64,000 nt of DNA from an uncultured Candidatus Saccharibacteria bacterium (lineage in GTDB: Bacteria > Patescibacteriota > Minisyncoccia > Phycocordibacterales > Zambryskibacteraceae): NCBI GenBank assembly GCA_964348525.1, contig CAYGCY010000001.1:21873-85872 (forward strand). The letters are read 5' to 3'. A program made the translations under genes and the position numbers. The first letter of the stretch is position 1, and each line of letters begins with the position of its first letter. This document shows positions 27,807 to 37,193 of this stretch, piece after piece. Under the pieces are notes generated by a model. It made no database searches and was not told the origin of the DNA. It saw nothing but the letters and a program-made list of their open reading frames with translations.

Positions 27807-28697
27807 ATGGAGGCATCTTTTTTAGATGATAATAAAAAGTCAGAGCTCATGGTAAAAGCGAATGAAATTCGCGAATCTATTATTGAAATGCTTGTAGAGG
27901 CAAAATCTGGACACACCGCGGGGCCACTCGGTATGGCAGATATTTTTACCCTTCTTTATTTCCATGTTTTAAATCATGATCCCAAAGACCCGCATAATAA
28001 AAACCGCGACAGACTAGTGCTTTCAAATGGGCATATTTGTCCTGTGTACTATGCGACGCTCGCTCACGCTGGGTATTTTCCTGTGAAAGAGTTAAAAACA
28101 CTTCGTAAATTTGGCTCGCGCTTGCAGGGGCACCCACATCGCGACTTCTTGAATATTTTAGAAACATCTAGTGGTCCACTTGGTTCTGGATTAGCGCAAG
28201 CCGTTGGAATGGCGCTTGGTCTCCGAATGGACCCGCCTAAAGGTGAGACAAGTAAAAATCCCGCGAGAGTTTTTGCACTTATGTCAGATGGAGAGCAGGA
28301 GTGTGGTGCAACTTGGGAGGCAGGAATGCTTGCTGGGAAAGAAAAATTAAATAATTTGGTCGGGATTATTGATAGAAATTATATTCAAATAGACGGATTC
28401 ACGGAGGATGTAATGCCACTTGAATCACTTTCGGACAAATGGAAAGCATGGAACTGGCATGTTATTGAAGTAGATGGCCACAATTTTGAAGATGTAAATG
28501 ATGCAGTTGAGGAAGCCAAAACCATTTTTGCTAAACCCGTGATGATAATTGCGCATACAATTCCAGGAAAGGGAGTGAAGGAATTTGAAAAAGACTATCG
28601 TTGGCACGGGAAGCCCCCAACAATTGATGAGGGCAAAATGGCAATGAGAGAATTAAGGAGTTTAGGGGGGAAGATAACTGGGTATCACAATGACTAA
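27807..28697 (+). CDS. Transketolase, N-terminal (TPP-binding) subunit; start uncertain (ORF-track 27735)
   Basis: GHTAGPLGMAD and SNGH TPP-binding motifs; ends overlapping next gene. Confidence 0.8.
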   Translation: MEASFLDDNKKSELMVKANEIRESIIEMLVEAKSGHTAGPLGMADIFTLLYFHVLNHDPKDPHNKNRDRLVLSNGHICPVYYATLAHAGYFPVKELKTLRKFGSRLQGHPHRDFLNILETSSGPLGSGLAQAVGMALGLRMDPPKGETSKNPARVFALMSDGEQECGATWEAGMLAGKEKLNNLVGIIDRNYIQIDGFTEDVMPLESLSDKWKAWNWHVIEVDGHNFEDVNDAVEEAKTIFAKPVMIIAHTIPGKGVKEFEKDYRWHGKPPTIDEGKMAMRELRSLGGKITGYHND

Positions 28698-29289
28698 CGA
28701 AGACAATAAAAAAATAATAAATTTTCTTTTTGAAATGGGAACGATGCGCAAATTGCCTAGAATGCATAGGCAAAATCTTCTTACTGATGATATGTCAGAC
28801 AATATAGCTACACATTCTTATAGAGTTACTTTGATTGGTTGGTTTCTAGCTAAAATGGAAAAGGTTGAACCATACAAAGTTGTGATGATGTGTCTAGCGC
28901 ACGATATGAGTGAAGTAAGATCAGGGGATCACAATTGGGTTCACAAGCGGTATACAAAAATCTTTGAAGATGAGATAAAGAAGGAACAATTGGGGCAACT
29001 CCCATTTGAAGACCTATTTGAATTATCTAGTGAGTACGAAAAGAGAGAGAGCAAAGAGGCGATTGTAGCAAAGGATGCAGATTTATTAGACCAAATTTTT
29101 TTGTTAAGGGAATATGTTTGGCAGGGAAATAAGGAGGCACAAATTTGGTTAGACGGGAAAGGTGAAGATAAAATAAACAGACAATTTAAATCATTAAAAA
29201 CTGATAGTGCCAAAAAATTAGCTAAAATGGCAATGGAAACACCTCCATCAGATTGGTGGAATGACATTTTTACACACCAAAATAGATGA
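28690..29289 (+). CDS. HD-domain phosphohydrolase (YfbR-like), inserted between the two transketolase halves
   Basis: H...HD...D metal-binding pattern (HSYRV..., AHDMSEV..., D at 3' end); overlaps both neighbours by 4-8 nt. Confidence 0.7.
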   Translation: MTNEDNKKIINFLFEMGTMRKLPRMHRQNLLTDDMSDNIATHSYRVTLIGWFLAKMEKVEPYKVVMMCLAHDMSEVRSGDHNWVHKRYTKIFEDEIKKEQLGQLPFEDLFELSSEYEKRESKEAIVAKDADLLDQIFLLREYVWQGNKEAQIWLDGKGEDKINRQFKSLKTDSAKKLAKMAMETPPSDWWNDIFTHQNR

Positions 29290-30263
29290 TAAATAAAACC
29301 TTAAACAAAAAAATATTTGATAAGGATTGCGAACAGGTGCCAATAAGGCATGGTTTTGGTGAAGGGCTGGTTATTGCGGGGGAGAAAGATAAAAATGTAG
29401 TGGTTTTATGTGCAGACCTGACAGAATCAGCACAGGCCATCTTTTTTAAAGAAAAATTTCCTGAAAGGTTTATTGAAATTGGAGTGGCAGAACAAAATTT
29501 GGCGGGGGTCGCATCAGGAATTTCTGCAACAGGTAAAATCCCTTTTATTACTTCCTATGCAATGTTTTCTCCAGGGAGAAACTGGGAACAAATTCGCACC
29601 ACAATTGCATATAACAATAGACCAGTAAAAATTGCAGGCTCTCATACCGGAGTGTCAGTAGGCCCCGATGGGGGGACACATCAAGCGCTAGAGGACATTG
29701 CCATAATGCGCACGATGCCAAGAATGGTCGTTATCTCACCATGTGATGCGATTGAAGCAAAAAAAGCCACTGTGGCAATAGCCAAAACAAACACTCCTGT
29801 TTATATTCGCCTTGCTCGTGAAAAAACTCCTGTGATGACTACAGAAGAAACTCCTTTTGAAATAGGCAAAGCACAAATTTTTTATGAAAGCGCAAAGCCG
29901 GAGGTCGCGCTAGTGGCAACTGGTGCATTGGTTCACAAGGCGTTACAAGTTGCTAAAAAACTTGAAAATGAAATTGGAGTAATTGTTGTAAATCTTGCAA
30001 CAATAAAACCGCTAGACGGTAAAACTATTTTAGATGTTGCCAAAAGAGCAGGAAGAGTGGTCACGGTGGAAGAACATCAAATAATGGGTGGAATGGGTTC
30101 GGCTGTATCTGAGTTTTTGTCGGCTAATTATCCAGTACCAATAGAGTTTGTGGGCATAAAAGACCAATTTGGCCAATCTGGTACTCCAGACGAGCTGATT
30201 GAACACTATGGGCTTGGAGTAGCTGGTATAGAAAAAGCAGTTAGAAATATTTTGAAAAAATAA
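29286..30263 (+). CDS. Transketolase, C-terminal (pyrimidine-binding plus C-terminal) subunit
   Basis: GVAEQNLAGVASG..., GSHTGVSVGPDGGTHQ motifs. Confidence 0.85.
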   Translation: MINKTLNKKIFDKDCEQVPIRHGFGEGLVIAGEKDKNVVVLCADLTESAQAIFFKEKFPERFIEIGVAEQNLAGVASGISATGKIPFITSYAMFSPGRNWEQIRTTIAYNNRPVKIAGSHTGVSVGPDGGTHQALEDIAIMRTMPRMVVISPCDAIEAKKATVAIAKTNTPVYIRLAREKTPVMTTEETPFEIGKAQIFYESAKPEVALVATGALVHKALQVAKKLENEIGVIVVNLATIKPLDGKTILDVAKRAGRVVTVEEHQIMGGMGSAVSEFLSANYPVPIEFVGIKDQFGQSGTPDELIEHYGLGVAGIEKAVRNILKK

Positions 30264-30667
30264 TGAAATTTAATCTTGACAAGATGTTTGGTTTTGTAGA
30301 CCCAGTAGATGAAGTGTCTATGAACCCTGTCGAGGAAATGAAAAAGGCCCAGAGTGTGGCCAAAACTGAAAGGGAAGCCATATCCAATTTGCAGCGCGCG
30401 ATAAATGAAATTAATTCAGCAATTAATTCACTCAAAGACAGATTGGAAAAAGAACATACAAGTTTGGGTAAAGAACAGCAAGAAGAGATAGAGGAGAGAA
30501 TAGAATTTTTGTTTGGCGAAAGGGAGAGGCTATCTTCCTTACTTCTTGATAAAACTTTTGAAGCGGAAGAAGCCGAGGAATATGTGGCAAAGGTGAATAC
30601 GGAAGTAGATAAAATAAGGAATAAGATTTTTACTGATAAACTTGAGCGTGATTTGCCTTTGCAATAA
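30263..30667 (+). CDS. Hypothetical coiled-coil protein
   Basis: E/K-rich heptad-like sequence, no recognisable domain. Confidence 0.4.
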   Translation: MKFNLDKMFGFVDPVDEVSMNPVEEMKKAQSVAKTEREAISNLQRAINEINSAINSLKDRLEKEHTSLGKEQQEEIEERIEFLFGERERLSSLLLDKTFEAEEAEEYVAKVNTEVDKIRNKIFTDKLERDLPLQ

Positions 30668-30668
30668 G

Positions 30669-30884
30669 ATGAAGTTAGGAATTTATAGGCACACAAAAAG
30701 TGGCAGAGAATACCGAGTGCTGTTTGTTGCTAAACATTCAGAAACACTTGAGGATTTTGTCATTTATGAAGCTCAATATGAAAACGACATGTCAAAATAT
30801 TGGGCTAGACCTGTAGCGATGTTTTTGGAGCAAATAGAGATAGACGGTACCCTGAAACCAAGATTTGAATTTTTGAGAGATTAA
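30669..30884 (+). CDS. DUF1653 family protein (ORF-track start 30642)
   Basis: YRHTKSGREYRVLFVAKHSETLEDFVIYEA...WARPVAMFLE resembles the DUF1653 pattern. Confidence 0.55.
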   Translation: MKLGIYRHTKSGREYRVLFVAKHSETLEDFVIYEAQYENDMSKYWARPVAMFLEQIEIDGTLKPRFEFLRD

Positions 30885-31885
30885 GCAATCTTACTTACAG
30901 AATAATCAGGTCTTTTTTTAAGTTCTTCTTGAATTTGGCTTTGTGAGAGGAGCCCTTCTCTTGCGCCTATGTATCTGCAGACACTCATTCCGTTCACGGC
31001 GCCCCAAGATAGTGCTTCGGGTAAATTCTTCTCCAAAACTAGTGCGGAGGTACAGGCGGAAGCAAAAGCGTCCCCCGCGCCAGTTCTTTCAAAGGCTTCC
31101 TCCTCGGGATTAAATTCGGGAGCAAAATATATGCCGGTCTTATCAGCGCCATATGCTCCTTTTGGCCCAAGGGTAATTACGACTGATTGAGGCCCTAGCA
31201 TGTGAAGACCCAGAAGTAATTCTTTTATGTCTGTACCAGATGGTTTATCCAAAATTTTTTCTGCCTCCTCGTTATTGCAAAAGAAAATTTCTGTACGAGT
31301 GTAAATATCTTTCAATTTCTCTACCCCCAAACTCATTTGAAATGTTCCGGGCTGAAATGCTAACTTTACATTTGGGTGCGAGCTTAAATATTGTGCAATC
31401 TCTTCGTGATATTTTTCTGTATTAGGTCCGAGAGAAGATAAATATATCCACTTCGGCTCGTTTATATTTGGCAATGAGTAAATAAATGGCTCATGTTTTA
31501 CCAAAATAGTGCGGTCTTTGTCATACCAAAGTACATAGTGATAGTTTGTTTTTTTGTCGCGCTCTATTTTTATAAGTTTTATATCTACCCTTTCTTTTTC
31601 CAAGGCTTTTAAACATTCTCTACCATTTTCATCTCCTCCAATATTTGCGATAAGGGAAGATTTTAGGCTAAGGCGGGACATGGCAACACTAGCATTAGAA
31701 GAATTACCAACGGCTGGTACTATTTTTGCTGACTCGTAAGGAATTTTATCTCCAAAGCGCATTGAAATAGTGCAGTTTTCATCGTTTAAATCACAGGTCA
31801 CTCTCGCGTCTTTCAGGCGAATAAATGCGTCCATTGTGATATCTCCTATACAGATTACATCTAAAGATTTCTTAAAAAATGACAT
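30881..31885 (-). CDS. PfkB-family carbohydrate kinase (ribokinase-like); the ORF-track 502-aa call is over-extended antisense through fba
   Basis: N-terminal ICIGDITMD and C-terminal TGAGDAFASA motifs; ATG at 31885. Confidence 0.75.
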   Translation of the reverse strand: MSFFKKSLDVICIGDITMDAFIRLKDARVTCDLNDENCTISMRFGDKIPYESAKIVPAVGNSSNASVAMSRLSLKSSLIANIGGDENGRECLKALEKERVDIKLIKIERDKKTNYHYVLWYDKDRTILVKHEPFIYSLPNINEPKWIYLSSLGPNTEKYHEEIAQYLSSHPNVKLAFQPGTFQMSLGVEKLKDIYTRTEIFFCNNEEAEKILDKPSGTDIKELLLGLHMLGPQSVVITLGPKGAYGADKTGIYFAPEFNPEEEAFERTGAGDAFASACTSALVLEKNLPEALSWGAVNGMSVCRYIGAREGLLSQSQIQEELKKRPDYSVSKIA

Positions 31886-31919
31886 ATAGAGAATTATAGC
31901 AGAGTGATACAATGGGCAT

Positions 31920-32774
31920 ATGACATTAAAAGAAGCAATACTAGAGGCAGAAAAAAAGGGTGTGGCGATAGGGCACTTCAATGTATCAGATTCTGAAGGT
32001 TTCAATGCAGTTATAGATGGTGCGAAGGAGCTCGGGGTGCCTGTAATAGTGGGAGTTTCAGAAAATGAGAGGAGTTTTTTAGGTGTCGCTGAAATAAGGG
32101 CGTTAGTTGCGGTAGAAAAAGAAAAAGGACTGCCTATTTTTCTGAACGCAGACCATACATATTCTGTGGAGGCGAGCAAAGAAGCGGTGGATGCCCATTT
32201 TGACTCTGTAATCATAGATGGCGCTGAAAAACCGTTTTCCGAAAATATTGCTATGACAAAAGAGGTAGTTAAATATACAAAAGACATTTTTCCGGATATT
32301 TTGGTGGAAGGAGAGCTTGGTTTTATAGGCACAGGTTCAAAAATACTTGATGAAATACCAGATGGGGTATCCGAAACCACACAAACCACTCCTGAAGACG
32401 CGAAGATATTTGTAGAAGAAACCTTTATAGATCTTTTCGCTCCGTCAGTTGGAAATATTCACGGGCTTGTTTCAACAGGTGAGCCAAAACTTAATATAAA
32501 AAGGATAAAGGAGATAGCGAACGCTGTAAAAGTGCCATTGGTTCTTCATGGGGCTTCTGGGAATACTGATGAAGATATAAGAGATGCAATTGAAGCAGGG
32601 ATAAGAATAGTTCACATAAACACAGAGCTCCGTTTGGCGTATAAAAAGGGTATTAAAAAATCTGTAATGAGCTCCGACGAGCTTGCACCATACAAATTTA
32701 TGGCTGAAGGGGTGGAAGAAATGAAAAAAGTGGTTATAGACAAACTAAAGCTTTTCAATGGACTTAAAAAATGA
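31920..32774 (+). CDS. fba: Class II fructose/tagatose-bisphosphate aldolase
   Basis: HFNVSD..., LHGASG, zinc-binding His pattern. Confidence 0.85.
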   Translation: MTLKEAILEAEKKGVAIGHFNVSDSEGFNAVIDGAKELGVPVIVGVSENERSFLGVAEIRALVAVEKEKGLPIFLNADHTYSVEASKEAVDAHFDSVIIDGAEKPFSENIAMTKEVVKYTKDIFPDILVEGELGFIGTGSKILDEIPDGVSETTQTTPEDAKIFVEETFIDLFAPSVGNIHGLVSTGEPKLNIKRIKEIANAVKVPLVLHGASGNTDEDIRDAIEAGIRIVHINTELRLAYKKGIKKSVMSSDELAPYKFMAEGVEEMKKVVIDKLKLFNGLKK

Positions 32775-34395
32775 GTTAAAAAATATTTTTAGTGGCGAAG
32801 TTTTGGCAGACAACGCTACCCTAGAAAAATATTCGAGAGACGCCTCCATATTTAAGGTAGTGCCCAAGTGTGTGGTTTTTCCAAAAAACTCAAAAGACGT
32901 AGAAAGTCTTGTGAGATTTGTGTCTGAAAATAAAAAAAATGACCCGAGTCTCTCAATTACAACAAGAGCTGGTGGCTCATGCATGGCGGGAGGGCCACTA
33001 AACGATTCGATAATTTTAGATACCACAAAATATCTCACAGGCATTTTGTCATGGGGGAGTGACAGCGCAGTGACTCTTTCCGGCACTATGTACAGAGATT
33101 TTGAAAAAGAATCACTTTCTAGAAATTTGCTCTTGCCATGCTTTACAGCGTCTAAAAATATGAATGCTATTGGAGGAATGATAGGGAATAACAGCGCTGG
33201 AGAAAAAACTCTTAAGTATGGAAAGATGGAAAAGTATATAAAGAAACTCAGCATGGTTTTTTCAGATGGCGTGGAAAGAGAAATAAAACCGCTTACTTTT
33301 GAGGAGCTTGAAAATAAAAAAAGGCAGAATGACTATGAAGGAGAAGTGTATAGGAAACTCGATCAATTATTGGAAGGCAATAAAGAAATAATAGAAAACG
33401 CGAGACCAAAAGTTTCTAAAAATTCAGCCGGATATTATTTGTGGAATATAAAACAAGAAGGCGTGTTTGACCTCAACAGGCTAATAGTAGGCTCTCAAGG
33501 CACCCTTGGTATTGTTACTAAATCAGAAATAAATCTTGTAAGACCGGCTTCAAAATCAAAAATGCTGGTCATTTTTATACGCAATCTCAATCATCTTGGC
33601 GATATTGTGAATGAGATTTTAAAGAAAAATCCGGAAACATTGGAATCATACGACGAGTCAACCTTAAAGTTTGCCATGCGGTACATACCAGAAATCATAG
33701 GACTTATGAAAGTTAGGAACTTTTTTAAGCTAGCCCTCTCTTTTATCCCAGAAGTTTTAATGACTCTTCGTGGAGGACTGCCAAAGCTTGTGATACTTGC
33801 GGAATTTACAGGAGAGAGTGATGAAGAATTGGAAACCACAGCCATGCAAGTAAAAGATTCGCTGAAAAAGTTTCATCCAGTCTTGAGAATCACGCATTCA
33901 TCGCTTGAAGAAGAAAAATATATGACCATAAGGCGTGAAAGTTTTAATTTATTAAGAAAACACGTAAGAGGGTTAAAGACCGCACCTTTTATAGACGATG
34001 TGTGTGTAAAGCCTGAATATTTGCCAGAATTTTTACCCAAACTAAGAGCGATTTTAGATAAATACAAATTGTTTTATACCATTGCCGGTCATGCGGGTGA
34101 CGGTAATTTCCATGTCATCCCACTAATGGATTTAAAACAAAAGAAAGATAGAGACTTAGTATTACCCGTTTCAAAAGAAGTTTATTCACTTGTAGCGGAA
34201 TACCACGGCTCTATAACTGCCGAACACAATGACGGCATAATTCGTACACCATTTTTAGAACAAATGTATGGGAAGGAAATAGTGAAGCTGTTTCAAGAAG
34301 TAAAAGAGATATTTGACCCTCAGAACATCTTTAATCCTGGTAAAAAGGTAGGGGGTACAACAGAGTATTTAGAGGAGCACATCATTACAGGCTAA
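32758..34395 (+). CDS. FAD-linked oxidase (GlcD/D-lactate dehydrogenase-like)
   Basis: FAD_binding_4 N-terminal region plus FAD-oxidase C-terminal domain (HAGDGNFH). Confidence 0.7.
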   Translation: MDLKNELKNIFSGEVLADNATLEKYSRDASIFKVVPKCVVFPKNSKDVESLVRFVSENKKNDPSLSITTRAGGSCMAGGPLNDSIILDTTKYLTGILSWGSDSAVTLSGTMYRDFEKESLSRNLLLPCFTASKNMNAIGGMIGNNSAGEKTLKYGKMEKYIKKLSMVFSDGVEREIKPLTFEELENKKRQNDYEGEVYRKLDQLLEGNKEIIENARPKVSKNSAGYYLWNIKQEGVFDLNRLIVGSQGTLGIVTKSEINLVRPASKSKMLVIFIRNLNHLGDIVNEILKKNPETLESYDESTLKFAMRYIPEIIGLMKVRNFFKLALSFIPEVLMTLRGGLPKLVILAEFTGESDEELETTAMQVKDSLKKFHPVLRITHSSLEEEKYMTIRRESFNLLRKHVRGLKTAPFIDDVCVKPEYLPEFLPKLRAILDKYKLFYTIAGHAGDGNFHVIPLMDLKQKKDRDLVLPVSKEVYSLVAEYHGSITAEHNDGIIRTPFLEQMYGKEIVKLFQEVKEIFDPQNIFNPGKKVGGTTEYLEEHIITG

Positions 34396-34435
34396 CGCTT
34401 GCCAATAGCACTATTTGAGATATAATCTCTAGCCT

Positions 34436-35092
34436 ATGTTGAGTCTTTCGGTTAAAACTAGAAAAACAGAGGAAAATGTTGATGCCTTGAGAAAAAGCGG
34501 TTTCATCCCTGCAGTTTTTTATGGCAAAAAGACGGAATCAACTCCAATCTCTATCTCTCTTGTGGATTTCAAAAAAGCTTATAAACAAGCAGGGGAATCA
34601 GGTGTAGTGACCCTAAAAGGTGATATCGAGGAAGTAGACACTCTTATCAACGATATAGATTTTGACCCAGTTACTGGAGTACCTCGCCACGCAGATTTTT
34701 ATGTATTCGACAAAATGAAAAAAATGGAAGTGGATGTCCCTGTGGAATTTGTAGGTGAAGCGCCAGCTATAAAAGCGGGTCTTCTCGTTGTGAAAGTTAT
34801 GCACGATATAAAAGTGGAAGCCCTTCCTACAGCTATACCACACTCTATAGAGGTTGATATTTCAAAACTAGAAAAAGATGGGGATGTAGTTTCTGTAAAA
34901 GATTTGTCTGTTCCAGCAGGAGTTTCCATAGTAGACAATCCGGAAGACACAGTAGCGTCGGTGCAGACACCTAAAGAAGAAAAAGAAGAAGTGCCTGTAG
35001 ACCTATCCGCCATAGAGGTAGAAAAGAAAGGCAAGGAGGCTAAAGAAGGAGAAGAAACGATGCCTCCAGAAGGAGAGCCTAAAGCAGAATAA
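34436..35092 (+). CDS. rplY: 50S ribosomal protein L25/general stress protein Ctc
   Basis: L25 N-terminal beta-barrel pattern plus acidic C-terminal extension. Confidence 0.75.
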   Translation: MLSLSVKTRKTEENVDALRKSGFIPAVFYGKKTESTPISISLVDFKKAYKQAGESGVVTLKGDIEEVDTLINDIDFDPVTGVPRHADFYVFDKMKKMEVDVPVEFVGEAPAIKAGLLVVKVMHDIKVEALPTAIPHSIEVDISKLEKDGDVVSVKDLSVPAGVSIVDNPEDTVASVQTPKEEKEEVPVDLSAIEVEKKGKEAKEGEETMPPEGEPKAE

Positions 35093-35133
35093 AACAGCCA
35101 CTCGGCTGTTTTTGCTATAATTAAGTCTCAAGA

Positions 35134-36507
35134 ATGAAACGAAGAATAGTTTTTTTATTATTTGTGTTTGTACTGGCCGGAATCACTCCGGTTGTATCTA
35201 GTGCGCAGACACTTTCTCCTCAAGAGAGAGCCGTTCTTCAGGCGGAATATGACCAAACTCTTAGGGATATAGATGCCCTCCAGAAGACGATAGATGACCT
35301 AAAGAATCAGCAAAAAACAATAAAGGGAGACATCTCGCTTCTAACAGCCCAGATTACTCAAGCAGAAAAAGTTTTGAAGCAGAAAAATCTGACCATAAAA
35401 CAGCTTACAACTGACATAAACACCAAGACACAGAAAATAAATACCCTTACAGCTCGAATAGAGAGAGGCAAGGTGTCTTTGGCAGAGCTTTTAAGGAAAA
35501 CAAATGAAATAGACACATACAGCTTGCCTGAAGCGGTGCTCTCCAACCAAGATGTTTCTGAATTTTTTGGTGACTTAGATACTTTTAGTTCTATCCAAAG
35601 AGATTTGTATGATCTTTTCAATGAAATAAGAGGTGTAAAACAAGAAACAGAAAAAGAAAAACAGGCTCTGGCCCAGAAGAAAGATCAAGAACTGGATGCG
35701 AAGTATGTGATAGAAACTAAAAAAAATGAAGTGGCTGCAAATAAAAAAGAGAAGGACCAGCTTTTAGCTGTAGTAGATAAAAATAAAGCCAGCCAAGACG
35801 CACTTTTGGCAAAAAAACAGGCGAGGGCTGATGCAATAAGGGCAGCCTTGTTTAATTTGCGTGACGCCCAAGGTATTACTTTTGAGAAAGCGCTTCAGTA
35901 TGCGGAAATAGCCTCACAAAAAACTGGAGTGAGAACTGCGATGATACTTGCCATTCTTTCTCAAGAATCTGATTTAGGAAAAAATGTGGGGTCGTGCTAT
36001 GTGAAAGATTTACAAACAGGCAATGGTATAGGGAAAAACACAGGCACTTTCTTTGAACAAGTAATGAAATCTCCAAGAGATACCTCTGTATTTTCTGAAA
36101 TTACAAACATTTTAGGATTGCCGTGGGAGACCACTCCGGTGTCGTGCCCAATAGGCGGGACAGCTTATTACGTTGGAAGAGGATTTGGGGGTGCAATGGG
36201 GCCATCGCAGTTTATTCCCTCCACTTGGGAACTTTTCAAATCACGTATAGCAAAAGCAGTAGGGGTGAGCATAGCAAATCCATGGGAGCCCGAACACGCA
36301 ATAATGGCAACTGCAATTTATTTAGCTGATTTAGGCGCTAACGGAGGAACATATACAAATGAGAGAACCGCGGCTTGCAGGTATTATTCCGGCAAAAATT
36401 GTTATGCAAGCAATGGCAAGGCGAATGTTGGATTAACTTATGGTAATCAGGTAATAAAAAAGGCGGAGACTTTCCAGAGCAATATCGATTTCTTGAAATC
36501 TGTTTAG
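35134..36507 (+). CDS. Secreted coiled-coil protein with C-terminal lysozyme-like/lytic-transglycosylase-like domain (PcsB-like architecture)
   Basis: signal peptide, ~230 aa coiled coil, then ILSQES...GAMGPSQF...AIYLADLG resembling the SLT catalytic E-S / G-L-M-Q / AYNAG pattern. Confidence 0.5.
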   Translation: MKRRIVFLLFVFVLAGITPVVSSAQTLSPQERAVLQAEYDQTLRDIDALQKTIDDLKNQQKTIKGDISLLTAQITQAEKVLKQKNLTIKQLTTDINTKTQKINTLTARIERGKVSLAELLRKTNEIDTYSLPEAVLSNQDVSEFFGDLDTFSSIQRDLYDLFNEIRGVKQETEKEKQALAQKKDQELDAKYVIETKKNEVAANKKEKDQLLAVVDKNKASQDALLAKKQARADAIRAALFNLRDAQGITFEKALQYAEIASQKTGVRTAMILAILSQESDLGKNVGSCYVKDLQTGNGIGKNTGTFFEQVMKSPRDTSVFSEITNILGLPWETTPVSCPIGGTAYYVGRGFGGAMGPSQFIPSTWELFKSRIAKAVGVSIANPWEPEHAIMATAIYLADLGANGGTYTNERTAACRYYSGKNCYASNGKANVGLTYGNQVIKKAETFQSNIDFLKSV

Positions 36508-36534
36508 CAAAAATTGAAGAACTAAACAATATAT

Positions 36535-36600
36535 AAAGCAAAGTGCCTCACCACGGAGAGATATACCGCGCTCCTAAACGAAACGCCTTCACTTTTTGCT
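36535..36600 (+). repeat. Hairpin element copy C (loop CACGGAGAGATATACCGCGCTCCTAAAC)
   Basis: imperfect stem AAAGCAAAGTGCCTC / GCCTTCACTTTTTGCT. Confidence 0.7.
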
Positions 36601-36611
36601 AAAAAAGAGTC

Positions 36612-36657
36612 CATCTACAAAGGTCGAACCTTCGCGAAGGTTCGACCTTTGTAGATG
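36612..36657. repeat. 46-bp perfect palindrome (CATCTACAAAGGTCGAACCTTCG | CGAAGGTTCGACCTTTGTAGATG)
   Basis: read directly; 23-bp arms, no loop. Confidence 0.8.
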
Positions 36658-36806
36658 ATTGAACTATATAGGGAGCGAGAGGGGCTAATGGCAAAAATGT
36701 CCTACGAGCATAATTTAAAAAAATAAGCTCGTTTATTTTTTTAAATTATCAAGTAGACAAAATACGAAGTATTTTAGCCATTAATTTCCGAGCGTACGAA
36801 GATAGC

Positions 36807-36843
36807 AATACCCCCCAATTTGGAGCTAAATTGGGGGGTATTG
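36807..36843. promoter_or_regulatory. 15-bp-arm perfect palindrome (AATACCCCCCAATTT-ggagct-AAATTGGGGGGTATT) abutting the -35 box of the ncRNA promoter
   Basis: read directly; 3' arm ends at the TTGACA hexamer. Confidence 0.6.
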
Positions 36844-36868
36844 ACAAAAATACAAATAGGTGTATACT
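36841..36868 (+). promoter_or_regulatory. Near-consensus sigma70 promoter TTGACA-16-TATACT
   Basis: hexamers read directly. Confidence 0.65.
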
Positions 36869-36874
36869 AGGGAT

Positions 36875-37145
36875 ACCTTACGCTGGTACGAGCCCGAGCG
36901 CGTAGGAGGCCACCGGCCATGTTCCGGAGAGGCATTCAGGGCGACTGCGGGGTGAAGGCGCTGAGTAGTATGAGGGTCGCCTCCGCTCACGCGTTGGATG
37001 GTGCCGTGCGCTCGAAGTTAGCGCATTGGCAGGCGCAGGTCTCTCGGTGGCCAGAGTAATGGTACACGGGCACGAAGAAGTGCCGACAGGGACCCCTTCG
37101 GGGAACCTTAAAGGGCCCGGACGATTCTGTCCGGGCCCTTACTGC
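36875..37145 (+). ncRNA. GC-rich (~60%) structured non-coding RNA of unknown class, ~270 nt, upstream of rpmE
   Basis: no ORF of 60 aa or more in any frame; long-range complementarity (GGCCACCG 36908-36915 with CGGTGGCC 37046-37053), local hairpins including a CCCC-UUCG-GGGG tetraloop hairpin and terminal stem AGGGCCCGG/CCGGGCCCT. Confidence 0.55.
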
Positions 37146-37193
37146 TATATGTTTGATAATTTTTTAAATACGGGTATATTAAGTGGACAATAA

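Noticed and set aside
30881-32389. 502-aa minus-strand ORF
   Set aside because: The N-terminal ~168 aa are antisense to fba (31920-32774) and are Ser/Thr/Pro-rich. The kinase domain begins at the ATG at 31885 (MSFFKKSLDVICIGDIT).
36875-37145. Assignment of the GC-rich ncRNA as RNase P RNA, tmRNA or SRP RNA
   Set aside because: I found no P4/CR-I (GGAAAGTCCGGGC) sequence, no tRNA-like tmRNA 3' end or tag reading frame, and no SRP domain-IV GGAA-tetraloop motif. Its length fits none of them well.
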